Of a stretch of 64,000 bases of DNA, positions 29,745 through 38,811 are shown one piece after another. The number at the start of each line of letters is the position of its first letter. The stretch's first letter is position 1. The position numbers were made by a program, and so were the translations under genes. Location: positions 3,760 to 67,759 of the forward strand of contig JAURHM010000007.1 of assembly GCA_030833315.1 (NCBI GenBank), in the 5' to 3' direction. The notes beneath the pieces are model-generated. The model made no database searches. It saw nothing but the letters and a program-made list of their open reading frames with translations, and was not told the DNA's origin. The DNA is from Burkholderiales bacterium. GTDB lineage: Bacteria; Pseudomonadota; Gammaproteobacteria; Burkholderiales; SG8-41.

Positions 29745-31364
29745 ATGACCGTCTGGAAAAAAAAGACCCTCGCTGAAGCGCTGGCCGCCGTCTCCACCGC
29801 ACATCCCCAGGATGAAGCGCTGGTGATTGCCGGCCATCGCCTGAGTTATGCCGAGCTGCGCGACAACGTACGCGAAGTAGCGCTGGGCCTGCGCGCGCTG
29901 GGCATCAACCGCGGCGATCATGTTGCGGTGTGCATGGGCAATTCGCTGGAATGGGTGGTGCTCTTTTACGCCGCAGCAAGCATCGGCGCAGTGACCGTGC
30001 CGGTGAACACCCGCTTCAAGGCAGATGAAATGCTCTATTGCCTTAAGCAGGCTGACGTGAAGCTGCTGTTCATCGCCGACCGCTTCCTCAAAATCGATTT
30101 CATCACGATGCTGCGCGGCATCTGCCCCGCTGTCGATCTGAAACTGCCGGATGCGGCGCTGCCGCTGCTGCAATCGGTGGTGGTGCTGGGCAAGGATGTG
30201 CCTGCCGGCGCCATCGGCTACGCAGACCTGCTCGCCCAAGGCGCGGTATTCGACGAACGCCAGCCGCCGGAAGTCCATCCGGATGACGTGCTGCTGATGC
30301 AGTTCACCTCGGGCACCACTTCATACCCCAAGGGCGTGATGCTGTCGCACGACAATATGCTGCGCAATGCCGCTTATATTGCCGCGCGATTCCATCTTTG
30401 CGCCAAAGACCGTTACTACAGCGCCCGCCCCTGGTATCACGTTGCCGGCACCACGCTGTCGCTGCTCGCCGCGCTGACTACCGGCGCCTGCCTGGTGTCA
30501 TCCCCGCATTTCGACGCCGGCGAAGCACTGGTGACGATGTGGAGTGAGGAATGCACGCACACCTCGGGTAACGACACCATGTTCCTGATGATGCTCAACC
30601 ACCCGGAATTCGCCAAATACCCGCTGAAGCTGCGCCACGGCTGGGTATCCTGCGGCCCCGAGGTTTCACGCAAGGTGGTTGACCTGATGGGCATGAAGGG
30701 TCTGGTACAGGCTTACGGCCTGTCGGAGGCCTCGCCCAACGTCTGCATGTCGCGTTACGACGATGATCTGGAAAAACGCATCAACGGCTGGGCGCACATC
30801 CTCGACGATGTCGAAGTTCGGCTGGTCGATACGGAAACCAATGCCGTGCAGCCCGCGGGCAAGACCGGCGAAATCCAGGTACGGGGCTGGAGCGTGATGA
30901 AGGGCTACTACAAGATGCCCGAGCAGACCGCGAAAACCATCGACGCAGACGGCTGGCTGCATACCGGTGACCTCGGCGTCATGGATGAAGACGGCCGCCT
31001 GCGTTTCATCACCCGCATCAAGGACGTGTTCCGTGTCGGCGGCGAAAACGTCGCGCCGGCGGAAGTCGAGGATGTGCTGCACAAACATCCGAAAATCAAA
31101 CAGGCCCAGGTCATCGGCGTACCCGACCCGCGATTGGTCGAAGTCCCCGCGGCTTACGTCATCCTGCGCGACGGTAAAACCGCGACGCCGGAAGAACTGA
31201 TGGCCTGGAGCAAGGAACGCCTCGCCAACTTCCGCGTGCCGCGTTACCTGAAGATTGTTGGAGACTTCGAAAAGATCGGCATGACCGGCAGTTCAAAAGT
31301 GCAGAAGAACAAACTGCGCGCGCAGGCGTTGATCGATTTCGGCCTTGAGAACAAAAAGGCCTGA
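29745..31364 (+). CDS. AMP-dependent acyl-CoA synthetase/ligase
   Basis: MQFTSGTTSYPKGV AMP-binding motif, GWLHTGDLG, and RIKDVFRVGGENV. Confidence 0.85.
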   Translation: MTVWKKKTLAEALAAVSTAHPQDEALVIAGHRLSYAELRDNVREVALGLRALGINRGDHVAVCMGNSLEWVVLFYAAASIGAVTVPVNTRFKADEMLYCLKQADVKLLFIADRFLKIDFITMLRGICPAVDLKLPDAALPLLQSVVVLGKDVPAGAIGYADLLAQGAVFDERQPPEVHPDDVLLMQFTSGTTSYPKGVMLSHDNMLRNAAYIAARFHLCAKDRYYSARPWYHVAGTTLSLLAALTTGACLVSSPHFDAGEALVTMWSEECTHTSGNDTMFLMMLNHPEFAKYPLKLRHGWVSCGPEVSRKVVDLMGMKGLVQAYGLSEASPNVCMSRYDDDLEKRINGWAHILDDVEVRLVDTETNAVQPAGKTGEIQVRGWSVMKGYYKMPEQTAKTIDADGWLHTGDLGVMDEDGRLRFITRIKDVFRVGGENVAPAEVEDVLHKHPKIKQAQVIGVPDPRLVEVPAAYVILRDGKTATPEELMAWSKERLANFRVPRYLKIVGDFEKIGMTGSSKVQKNKLRAQALIDFGLENKKA

Positions 31365-31465
31365 AACCGGAAATTCCATGATATTTATAAGTTTTTGATT
31401 TATTTATTATTTTTTGTAACGCGCTGACAGCGTATCAAGCCCTGTCGCAACGGAGAAACATCGCA

Positions 31466-32272
31466 ATGGAATACACGCTCAAACGCCCCGACGGCTGCAA
31501 CATTTTCTACACCATCGACGACTATACCGATCCCTGGCAAAAAGCCGAGACCGTACTTTTCGTGCATGGTCTCGCCGAATCGGGTGAAGCATGGCGCGCC
31601 TGGGTGCCGCATTTCGCGCGTCACTACCGCGTGGTGCGCCTCGACTTGCGCGGCTTCGGCCGTTCGACGGCAATGACTCCCGAACATGAATGGTCGATGA
31701 ATGAACTGCTCGACGACATCGAAGAGTTGATCCATCACATCGGCTGCAGCAAGGTGCACCTGATCGGCGCCAAGAGCGGCGGTTCGATGTCGCTGGCGCT
31801 GGCCGCCAACCGCCCGCAGCTGGTGAAAACACTGATCGGCGTCACACCACCAGTCCTTCCTGCTGCCGGCATCGACCAGTGGGTGGAGCACATGAACACC
31901 AAAGGCGTGGTCGACTGGGCCGCCCACACCATGCAGGGCCGCCTCGGCAGCAAAGCAACCAAAGCCGAAGTCGACTGGTGGATCCACCACCTGCAGGGCA
32001 AGACCGCACTGTCGACGCTGCAAAGTTATCTGCGCTGGGTGCCCAAACTCGACATCCGCGAAGATGTCAAACGCATCACCTGCCCGACGCTGATCATCAC
32101 CACCACCGGCAGCGGCTTGCGCTCGGTTGATGGCGTCAAAGCCTGGGTCTCGGGTGTGAAATCCGCACAACTGCTGGTGATGGAAGGCGATGCCTGGCAT
32201 GCCGCCGGCGCCTACCCGGACCGCTGTGCCGAGGCTTCGCTGAAATTCCTCGCTGAACAGGCGCAAGCATGA
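31466..32272 (+). CDS. alpha/beta-fold hydrolase
   Basis: VLFVHGLAESG and the nucleophile elbow IGAKSGGS. Confidence 0.7.
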   Translation: MEYTLKRPDGCNIFYTIDDYTDPWQKAETVLFVHGLAESGEAWRAWVPHFARHYRVVRLDLRGFGRSTAMTPEHEWSMNELLDDIEELIHHIGCSKVHLIGAKSGGSMSLALAANRPQLVKTLIGVTPPVLPAAGIDQWVEHMNTKGVVDWAAHTMQGRLGSKATKAEVDWWIHHLQGKTALSTLQSYLRWVPKLDIREDVKRITCPTLIITTTGSGLRSVDGVKAWVSGVKSAQLLVMEGDAWHAAGAYPDRCAEASLKFLAEQAQA

Positions 32273-33231
32273 AACGCCCACTGCAACTGATCGCCAGCCT
32301 CACCCTCGCCGCCTGCTGCGCGGCGGCGTCTGCGCAAAACTATCCGGCCAAAACCGTACGCATGATTGTCGGTTACCCGCCGGGCGGTCCGACCGATGTG
32401 CTGGCCCGTATCGTTTCGCAAAAACTCACCCAGGCCTGGGGTCAGCAGGTCATTGTCGACAACCGCCCCGGCGCCAGCGGCATGATCGGCGCCGAGTTCA
32501 CGGCACGCGCAGCGCCCGACGGCTACACCCTGCTGATGGTACCGGTGACCTATGCGGTCACACCCAGCCTGTTCAGCAAAATGACCTATGACGTCGAGAA
32601 AGATCTCGCGCCCGTCGCGCAGGTCGCTGCCGCCCCCTTCATTCTGGTCGTGCATCCGACGCTGCCGGTAAAAACCGTGAAAGACCTGATCACGCTGGCC
32701 CGCAGCCGTCCCGGTCAGCTGAACTTCGCTTCGGCGAGCACCGGCGGCATGCCCCACCTCGCCGGCGAATTGTTCAACAGCATGACCGGCGTAAAGATGG
32801 TGCACATCCCCTACAAAGGCGCAGCCCCTGCAACCACCGACCTGCTGTCGGGCCAGATCACGCTGATGTTCAACAATATGCTTTCGGCGATGCCGCAGGT
32901 CAAAGCGGGCCGCCTGCGCGCCGTGGCAGTCACCAGTCTCAAACGCTCTGCAGCCGCTCCTGAACTGCCGACCATATCTGAAACCGTGCCGGGTTATGAA
33001 GCCAATGGCTGGTATGGCTCGTTTGCACCGGCAGCGACGCCCAAAGACCTGATCAACCGCGTCAATGGCGAAATGAACCGCATTATGAAAATGCCGGACG
33101 TCACGCAGCGCCTCGCCGGCGATGGCGTCGAGGCAGTTGGCACCACACCCGAGCAGTTCGGCGTCTATCTGAAGCAGGAAATCGCCAAATGGGGCAAAGT
33201 GGTCAAAGCCTCCGGCGCCAAAGCCGACTGA
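32269..33231 (+). CDS. Bug/TctC-family periplasmic solute receptor
   Basis: Signal peptide, NYPAKTVRMIVGYPPGG, VDNRPGASG, HIPYKGAAPA. ATGA overlap with the upstream gene. Confidence 0.85.
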   Translation: MKRPLQLIASLTLAACCAAASAQNYPAKTVRMIVGYPPGGPTDVLARIVSQKLTQAWGQQVIVDNRPGASGMIGAEFTARAAPDGYTLLMVPVTYAVTPSLFSKMTYDVEKDLAPVAQVAAAPFILVVHPTLPVKTVKDLITLARSRPGQLNFASASTGGMPHLAGELFNSMTGVKMVHIPYKGAAPATTDLLSGQITLMFNNMLSAMPQVKAGRLRAVAVTSLKRSAAAPELPTISETVPGYEANGWYGSFAPAATPKDLINRVNGEMNRIMKMPDVTQRLAGDGVEAVGTTPEQFGVYLKQEIAKWGKVVKASGAKAD

Positions 33232-33250
33232 AACCGACCATCAAGGAATC

Positions 33251-34216
33251 ATGATGAACTTCCACACCCGCACGCTGATCGCGGCCTTGCTGTTGTGTAG
33301 CGGCACTGCCCTTGCCGCCGATTACCCGACCAAACCCATCCGACTGGTCGTGCCCTTCCCGGCCGGCGGCCCGGTCGATATAACCGCGCGCACACTGGCG
33401 CCGCGGCTCGGCGACACGCTGGGCCAGCGTATCCTGATCGACAACCGCGGTGGCGCCGGCGGTGTGCTTGGCTCAGATATTGTCGCCAAGTCCCCCGCCG
33501 ACGGCCACACGCTGCTGCTGTGCACGACCGGCAACGCCATCAACGTCAGTCTCGTACCGAACCTGCCCTACGACATACGCAAGGATTTCGCACCGGTATC
33601 GATGGTCGCGATCATCACCAGCATTCTCGTCGTTCACCCGTCGCTGCCGGTGAAATCGGTAAAAGACCTTATCACGCTGGCGAAAGCCAAACCCGATGCC
33701 CTGAGTTATGCCTCGACCGGCAATGGCGCACCGACACATCTCGCCGGCGAGCTTTTCAAGACCATGGCCGGCGTCAAGATCGTTCATGTGCCGTACAAGG
33801 GCGCCGCACCGGCAGTGATCGACCTGATCAGCGGCCACATACAGCTCTCGTTCATCAGCGCTCCCGGCGCGATGCCGCATGTCCAGGAAAAACGCCTGCG
33901 CGTACTCGCTGTCACCAACAACAAACGCTCGGCGCTGCTCCCGGATATCCCCACGATCAGCGAAGCGGGACTCAAGGGTTATGAATCGGAAGGCTGGCAT
34001 GGCCTGTTTACGCCGGCCGGCACGCCGCGCCCGGCGATCGACCGCCTGTTCAAGGAAATCTCCACGCTGCTGCGCGACCCCAAAATCAATACGCTGCTCG
34101 CGGCAGGCGGAGCGGAACCTGTCGGCATGCCTCCTGATGAATTCGGCAAGGCGCTGCACCGGGAGATCGAGAAGTGGGCCAAGGTCGTCAAGGCCTCAGG
34201 CATGAAGATGGATTGA
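33251..34216 (+). CDS. Bug/TctC-family periplasmic solute receptor
   Basis: Signal peptide, DYPTKPIRLVVPFPAGG, IDNRGGAGG, HVPYKGAAPA. Confidence 0.85.
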   Translation: MMNFHTRTLIAALLLCSGTALAADYPTKPIRLVVPFPAGGPVDITARTLAPRLGDTLGQRILIDNRGGAGGVLGSDIVAKSPADGHTLLLCTTGNAINVSLVPNLPYDIRKDFAPVSMVAIITSILVVHPSLPVKSVKDLITLAKAKPDALSYASTGNGAPTHLAGELFKTMAGVKIVHVPYKGAAPAVIDLISGHIQLSFISAPGAMPHVQEKRLRVLAVTNNKRSALLPDIPTISEAGLKGYESEGWHGLFTPAGTPRPAIDRLFKEISTLLRDPKINTLLAAGGAEPVGMPPDEFGKALHREIEKWAKVVKASGMKMD

Positions 34217-34286
34217 AGGCAGGTATCAACATTCAAGCAGTAATTTAAACGCAGCAGTTTGTTCCAATCGAAAAAGGGAGTATTCG

Positions 34287-34676
34287 ATGTCTGATTTGAT
34301 GAAACAGTCACCGCTCGGCACCTACGTCGAGCACCTGAAAAAAGGCGAGCTCGCCTACCAGGTCAACAAGGACACCAACAAGCCGTTCTTCTATCCGCGC
34401 GCAATCGCTCCGGAAACCGGCAGCGCGAACATTGAATGGCGTGTGTCCAAAGGCCTCGGCACCGTCTACACGACCACCGCCGTTCACTACAAAGGCGAGG
34501 CGCCGCTTAACGTCGCGATGATCGACATGGACGAAGGCTATCGCCTGATGAGCCGCGTCGAAGGCATCGACGCGATGGACGTCAAGATCGGCTTGCGCGT
34601 CAAGGTCAAGGTCATTCCCGGTGACGAGAAGACCCTGCCCTTCCCTGTATTCACCCCCGCGGGAGACGCCAAATGA
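34287..34676 (+). CDS. DUF35-type OB-fold protein (thiolase partner)
   Basis: A 129-aa OB-fold-like sequence (GTVYTTTAVH...MIDMDEGYRLMSRV) with an ATGA overlap onto the thiolase-like gene. Confidence 0.65.
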   Translation: MSDLMKQSPLGTYVEHLKKGELAYQVNKDTNKPFFYPRAIAPETGSANIEWRVSKGLGTVYTTTAVHYKGEAPLNVAMIDMDEGYRLMSRVEGIDAMDVKIGLRVKVKVIPGDEKTLPFPVFTPAGDAK

Positions 34677-35827
34677 GCCTGCTCAAACGCGGCAGTATCG
34701 CAGTCGTCGGCGCCGCCGAATCCGACCTCGGCCAGGTTGCCCCTCACACCACCCCCGTCGACCTGATGGCGCAGGCCACGATGCGCGCCCTCGACGATTG
34801 CGGCCTCACGCTGAAAGATGTTGACGGCCTGTTTGTCGCCGCCACCCAGGTGCGCATGGGGCCGATGGCACTGGCGGAATATCTGGGCATCAAGCCCAAG
34901 GTGTTCGACGGCACGCAGATCGGCGGTTCATCATTCATGTCCCACGTCGCTCACGCGCAGCTGGCCATCCAGATGGGCGCCTGCGAAGTCGCCGTCATCG
35001 CCTACGGCAGCACGCAGCGCTCGGTATCGCGCGCCGCCGCCAGCCCGCGTGAATTCAACCCCTATGAAACGCCATACCGGCCGATCCTGCCGATCAGCGC
35101 CTACGCGATGGCAGCCGCACGCCATTTCCACCAATACGGCACCACCCGCGAACATCTGGCTGAAGTGGCTGTCGCCGCCCGCAAATGGGCGCTGATGAAC
35201 CCCAAAGCCTGGGAAAAAGAACCGCTGACGATCGAGCAGGCACTCAATGCGCGCATGGTGTCCTATCCCTTCACCGTTCGCGACTGCTGTCTGGTCGTCG
35301 ACGGCGGCGGCGCCATCGTACTGACCTCGGCCGCACGCGCCAAGACACTGAAGAAAAAACCGGTCTATGTACTGGGCTTCGGCGAAACTCTGTCGCACGC
35401 CAACATCTCCAGCATGCCCGACTTCACCGTCACCGGCGCCGCGATCTCCGGCCCGCAGGCCTTCAAGATGGCTGGCGTGACCCAGAAGGACGTCAAGATG
35501 CTGTCGCTTTATGACGCCTTCACCATCACGCCGATCCTGTTCCTTGAAGACCTCGGTTTTGTGCCGAAAGGCGAAGGCGGCCGTTTTGTCGCCAATGGCG
35601 GCATCGCCCCCGGCGGCAAACTCGCGGTCAACACCTCCGGCGGCGGCTTGTCGTACTGCCACCCCGGCATGTATGGCCTGCTGGTGATGATCGAATCCAT
35701 CCGCCAGGTGCGCGGCGAATGCGGCGAACGCCAGGTCAAGGGCTGCGATGTCTCGCTCTCCCATGGCAACGGCGGTGTGATGTCCAGCCAGTGCACAGTG
35801 ATTTTCGGCTCCGAAAATACGCTGTGA
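34673..35827 (+). CDS. SCP-x/lipid-transfer-type thiolase-like protein
   Basis: Thiolase fold pattern (AVVGAAESD..., YDAFTITPI, NTSGGGLSYCHPG). Confidence 0.75.
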   Translation: MSLLKRGSIAVVGAAESDLGQVAPHTTPVDLMAQATMRALDDCGLTLKDVDGLFVAATQVRMGPMALAEYLGIKPKVFDGTQIGGSSFMSHVAHAQLAIQMGACEVAVIAYGSTQRSVSRAAASPREFNPYETPYRPILPISAYAMAAARHFHQYGTTREHLAEVAVAARKWALMNPKAWEKEPLTIEQALNARMVSYPFTVRDCCLVVDGGGAIVLTSAARAKTLKKKPVYVLGFGETLSHANISSMPDFTVTGAAISGPQAFKMAGVTQKDVKMLSLYDAFTITPILFLEDLGFVPKGEGGRFVANGGIAPGGKLAVNTSGGGLSYCHPGMYGLLVMIESIRQVRGECGERQVKGCDVSLSHGNGGVMSSQCTVIFGSENTL

Positions 35828-35873
35828 TAAGCACGCTGTAATGAGTAAGCTGTAATCTGCAGCAAGCGTCACA

Positions 35874-35906
35874 GACCGGATGCGGAATATTCCGTATCCG
35901 GTTTTT
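35874..35906 (+). terminator. rho-independent terminator after the thiolase gene
   Basis: 14-bp stem ACCGGATGCGGAAT/ATTCCGTATCCGGT (one G-U pair) followed by T6. Confidence 0.75.
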
Positions 35907-35928
35907 TCACTACCAGAGGAGCCTGTTT

Positions 35929-36585
35929 GTGAAACTCGAGCTGTACTACGCACCCAAGACCTGCGCACTGGTGCCCTATGCCACGCTCACCGAAGCCGGT
36001 GCGGATTTCACCGTGCACAACATGAATTCCCGTTCCGGTGCGCTGAAGACGCCGGAATACCTCAGGCTTAACCCCAAACACAAGGTTCCCGTGCTGGTCA
36101 TCGACGGCGAACCTTTGACTGAAAACGTCGCCATCCAGATTTTCATCCACCGCACGTTTCCACAAACGAAACTGCTGCCGCAGGACCCGAAGCAGGAGAT
36201 CAAGGCCATCTCGCTGATGGCCTGGTTTGCTTCCACCATCCACCCGCACCTGACGCCCAACGCGCGCCCCGAAAACTACTGCGACCTGCCGGGCTCTGCC
36301 GATGCCGTCAAACGCGCCGGCAACAAACTGTTGTTTGAGGATTTCCGGATTGCCGAAGATCTGCTCTCCGGCCGTGAATTCTTTTTTGACCACTTCACCG
36401 CTCCCGACGCCTATTTCTTCTGGTGTTTCCGCCGCGCGATCACTTTCAAGCTCGATTTGTCACAGTTCCCGAACTGCAGGGCATTTGTCGAACGCCTGCA
36501 GCAACGCCCCAGCCTGCAGAAAGTGCTGGCCCACGAACAAGCGGTTGAAGCCGAATTCACCCGCACTGCCCAACCCCTGAACTGA
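35929..36585 (+). CDS. glutathione S-transferase family protein
   Basis: KLELYYAPKTCALVP, NPKHKVPVLVIDGEPLTEN, and a C-terminal helical domain. GTG start. Confidence 0.75.
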   Translation: MKLELYYAPKTCALVPYATLTEAGADFTVHNMNSRSGALKTPEYLRLNPKHKVPVLVIDGEPLTENVAIQIFIHRTFPQTKLLPQDPKQEIKAISLMAWFASTIHPHLTPNARPENYCDLPGSADAVKRAGNKLLFEDFRIAEDLLSGREFFFDHFTAPDAYFFWCFRRAITFKLDLSQFPNCRAFVERLQQRPSLQKVLAHEQAVEAEFTRTAQPLN

Positions 36586-36593
36586 AAACCATC

Positions 36594-37283
36594 ATGCAGA
36601 TTAAGATCCTGACATCCAACAGCACGCTGCCGGTGCTCAATGCACTGATACCTGCCTATGAAAAAAACAGCGGCAACACCGTGTCGATCAGCGCAGATTC
36701 CGCCAAAGCCATGGTCGCCCGCATCCGCGGCGGCGAGACCGGCGACATACTGGTGCTCGGCAACGGTGCGGTAAAGGAACTCACTGAAGCCGGCTACATC
36801 AACGGCACCACCCGCCGCGGCTTTGCCCGCGCCATCGTCGGCGTCGGCGTGCGCAGCGGCACGCCGCACCCGGACATCAGCTCGGTCGATGCCTTTCGCA
36901 AGTCCCTGCTCGCCGCCCGCGCCATCGCCCACACCGTCCACGGCGCCAGCGGCATGTACATCCCGACGCTGATCGAGAAGCTCGGCATCACTGCCGAGAT
37001 GAAACCGAAAACGGTGACCCGCCCCGGCGGTTATATCGGCACGGTGGTTGTCGCCGGTGAAGCCGACATCGCCCTGCAGCAGATTCCGGAACTGCTGGCA
37101 GTGCCCGGACTGGATTGCGTCGGCCCGGTGCCCGACGCGGTGCAGAAATCCTTCGAGACCTCGATAGCGCTGTTCAGAAACAGTACACAAGCTGCAGCCG
37201 CGCAGGCCATGGCGGACTTTTTCGCCAATCCGGTCAACACGCCGCTGTTTCGCGAAAAAGGTCTGGAGCACGTTACAAAATAA
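36594..37283 (+). CDS. ModA-like (PBP type 2) substrate-binding-domain protein lacking a signal peptide
   Basis: MQIKILTSNSTLPVLNALIPAYEKNSG..., molybdate/tungstate-SBP-like. No N-terminal hydrophobic signal. Confidence 0.55.
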   Translation: MQIKILTSNSTLPVLNALIPAYEKNSGNTVSISADSAKAMVARIRGGETGDILVLGNGAVKELTEAGYINGTTRRGFARAIVGVGVRSGTPHPDISSVDAFRKSLLAARAIAHTVHGASGMYIPTLIEKLGITAEMKPKTVTRPGGYIGTVVVAGEADIALQQIPELLAVPGLDCVGPVPDAVQKSFETSIALFRNSTQAAAAQAMADFFANPVNTPLFREKGLEHVTK

Positions 37284-37312
37284 TCCGGTCACGAAACCAC
37301 GAGGAGCCCGCA

Positions 37313-38293
37313 ATGACGCTGAAAACCCTGCACATGGTTGCTGCACTGGCCGCAGCATCCGGAGTGATTGCACTGCCGGCAATGGCTACCGGGAGTTATC
37401 CGACCAAACCGATCCGCTTCATCGTGCCCTATCCGCCCGGGGGCACCACCGACCTCGTTGCGCGCGGCATTGCCGGCAAGCTCGCCGAAAAATACGGACA
37501 GCAGGTGGTCATCGACAACCGCGGCGGCGCCAGCACCATCATCGGCACTGACCTGATGGCGAAGTCCGCACCGGACGGCTACACCTTCGGCCTGATCACC
37601 CAGACCTCGATGTCGATCAATCCCAACGTCGTTCCGAAACTGCCTTACAACACTGAACGCGACCTGGCACCGATCACCCAGGTCGTTTATTTCCCCTATG
37701 TGATTGCCGCGCACCCCTCAACACCGTTCAGCACTATGAAGGAAATGATCACACTGGCCAAAGCCAGACCGGGAACGATCACCTACGGCACACCGGGAAC
37801 AGCATCCACCAACCACCTTGGTGGTGCGCAACTGGAACAACTGATCGGCGCGAAACTTCTGCATGTGCCGTTCAAGGGCGCGGGCCCCGCAATCACCGCC
37901 GCACTCGGTGGCCAGGTGCAGACCGTGATCACCGGTGCGGCCACGGTGATTCCCCAAGCGAAGACCGGTAAACTCAAGGTCATTGCCTTCGCCGCCGAAA
38001 AACGCCACCCGAACTGGCCGGACATTCCGTCCACCGGTGAAGCCGGTCTCAAAGGTTATGAAGCCGGCACCTGGTTCGGCACCGTTACCCGTACCGGCGT
38101 GGCCAAATCCATCATCCTCAATCTCAACAGGGAAATTGTCGCGGCACTGAATACCGCTGAACTCAAAACCAGCCTGACCGGCGCCGGCTTCGACATTCGC
38201 ACCCAATCACCGGAAGAATTCGGTCAATACATGGCCGCAGACCGCGCCCTGATCGGCAAAATCATCAAAACCGCGAACATTACCCTCGATTGA
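37313..38293 (+). CDS. Bug/TctC-family periplasmic solute receptor
   Basis: MTLKTLHMVAALAAASGVIALPAMA signal, SYPTKPIRFIVPYPPGG, IDNRGGAS, HVPFKGAGPA. GAGGAG RBS. Confidence 0.85.
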   Translation: MTLKTLHMVAALAAASGVIALPAMATGSYPTKPIRFIVPYPPGGTTDLVARGIAGKLAEKYGQQVVIDNRGGASTIIGTDLMAKSAPDGYTFGLITQTSMSINPNVVPKLPYNTERDLAPITQVVYFPYVIAAHPSTPFSTMKEMITLAKARPGTITYGTPGTASTNHLGGAQLEQLIGAKLLHVPFKGAGPAITAALGGQVQTVITGAATVIPQAKTGKLKVIAFAAEKRHPNWPDIPSTGEAGLKGYEAGTWFGTVTRTGVAKSIILNLNREIVAALNTAELKTSLTGAGFDIRTQSPEEFGQYMAADRALIGKIIKTANITLD

Positions 38294-38307
38294 TTTTGAT
38301 CTCCCGC

Positions 38308-38500
38308 GATGGATGAATCCGCAAAAACAACGGTCACCAATCCCGCGATCCCCGCTTCCAGGGACGTGCTGGAGAAGATCGTCGAAAACATTTCCATCCA
38401 CGTGTTCTGGATGGACGCGGATTCGCGTTACCTCGGCTGCAACACCGCGTTTGCCCGTGACGCACGGCTTGTCCCATCCCCATGAACTGATCGGCAAAAG
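38308..38500 (+). pseudogene. frameshifted N-terminal remnant of a PAS-domain signalling protein
   Basis: The ATG 38308 frame gives ...LEKIVENISIHVFWMDADSRYLGCNTAFARDA, then a stop. The PAS continuation GLSHPHELIGKSNFD is in the +1 frame, and no output domain follows. Confidence 0.5.
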
Positions 38501-38811
38501 CAACTTCGATTCAGACAAAACAGCCGCGAACGGCTGGATGCAATGGAACTGCACCTGCTTGCACAGGCCTACTATGCAGCCTGGTGGCGGGTACACAACA
38601 GCGAGCCCATCCTTGAGCATGCGGTGCCCAGTCTGGATCTGCTGATTGATTTTGAAACGGTCAAACCCCGAGCCGTACTGATACGTGCCACGCCGGGCAA
38701 AAACAGGCCGTCGTAATCCGCCAACAGCTGCGGGCAGCACCGCCCCGTGCCGGCACAACAGTCCGGCATGGGCGCGGTAGAATTCCTCCCGCCCCTGTCA
38801 CCCCGAAAACC

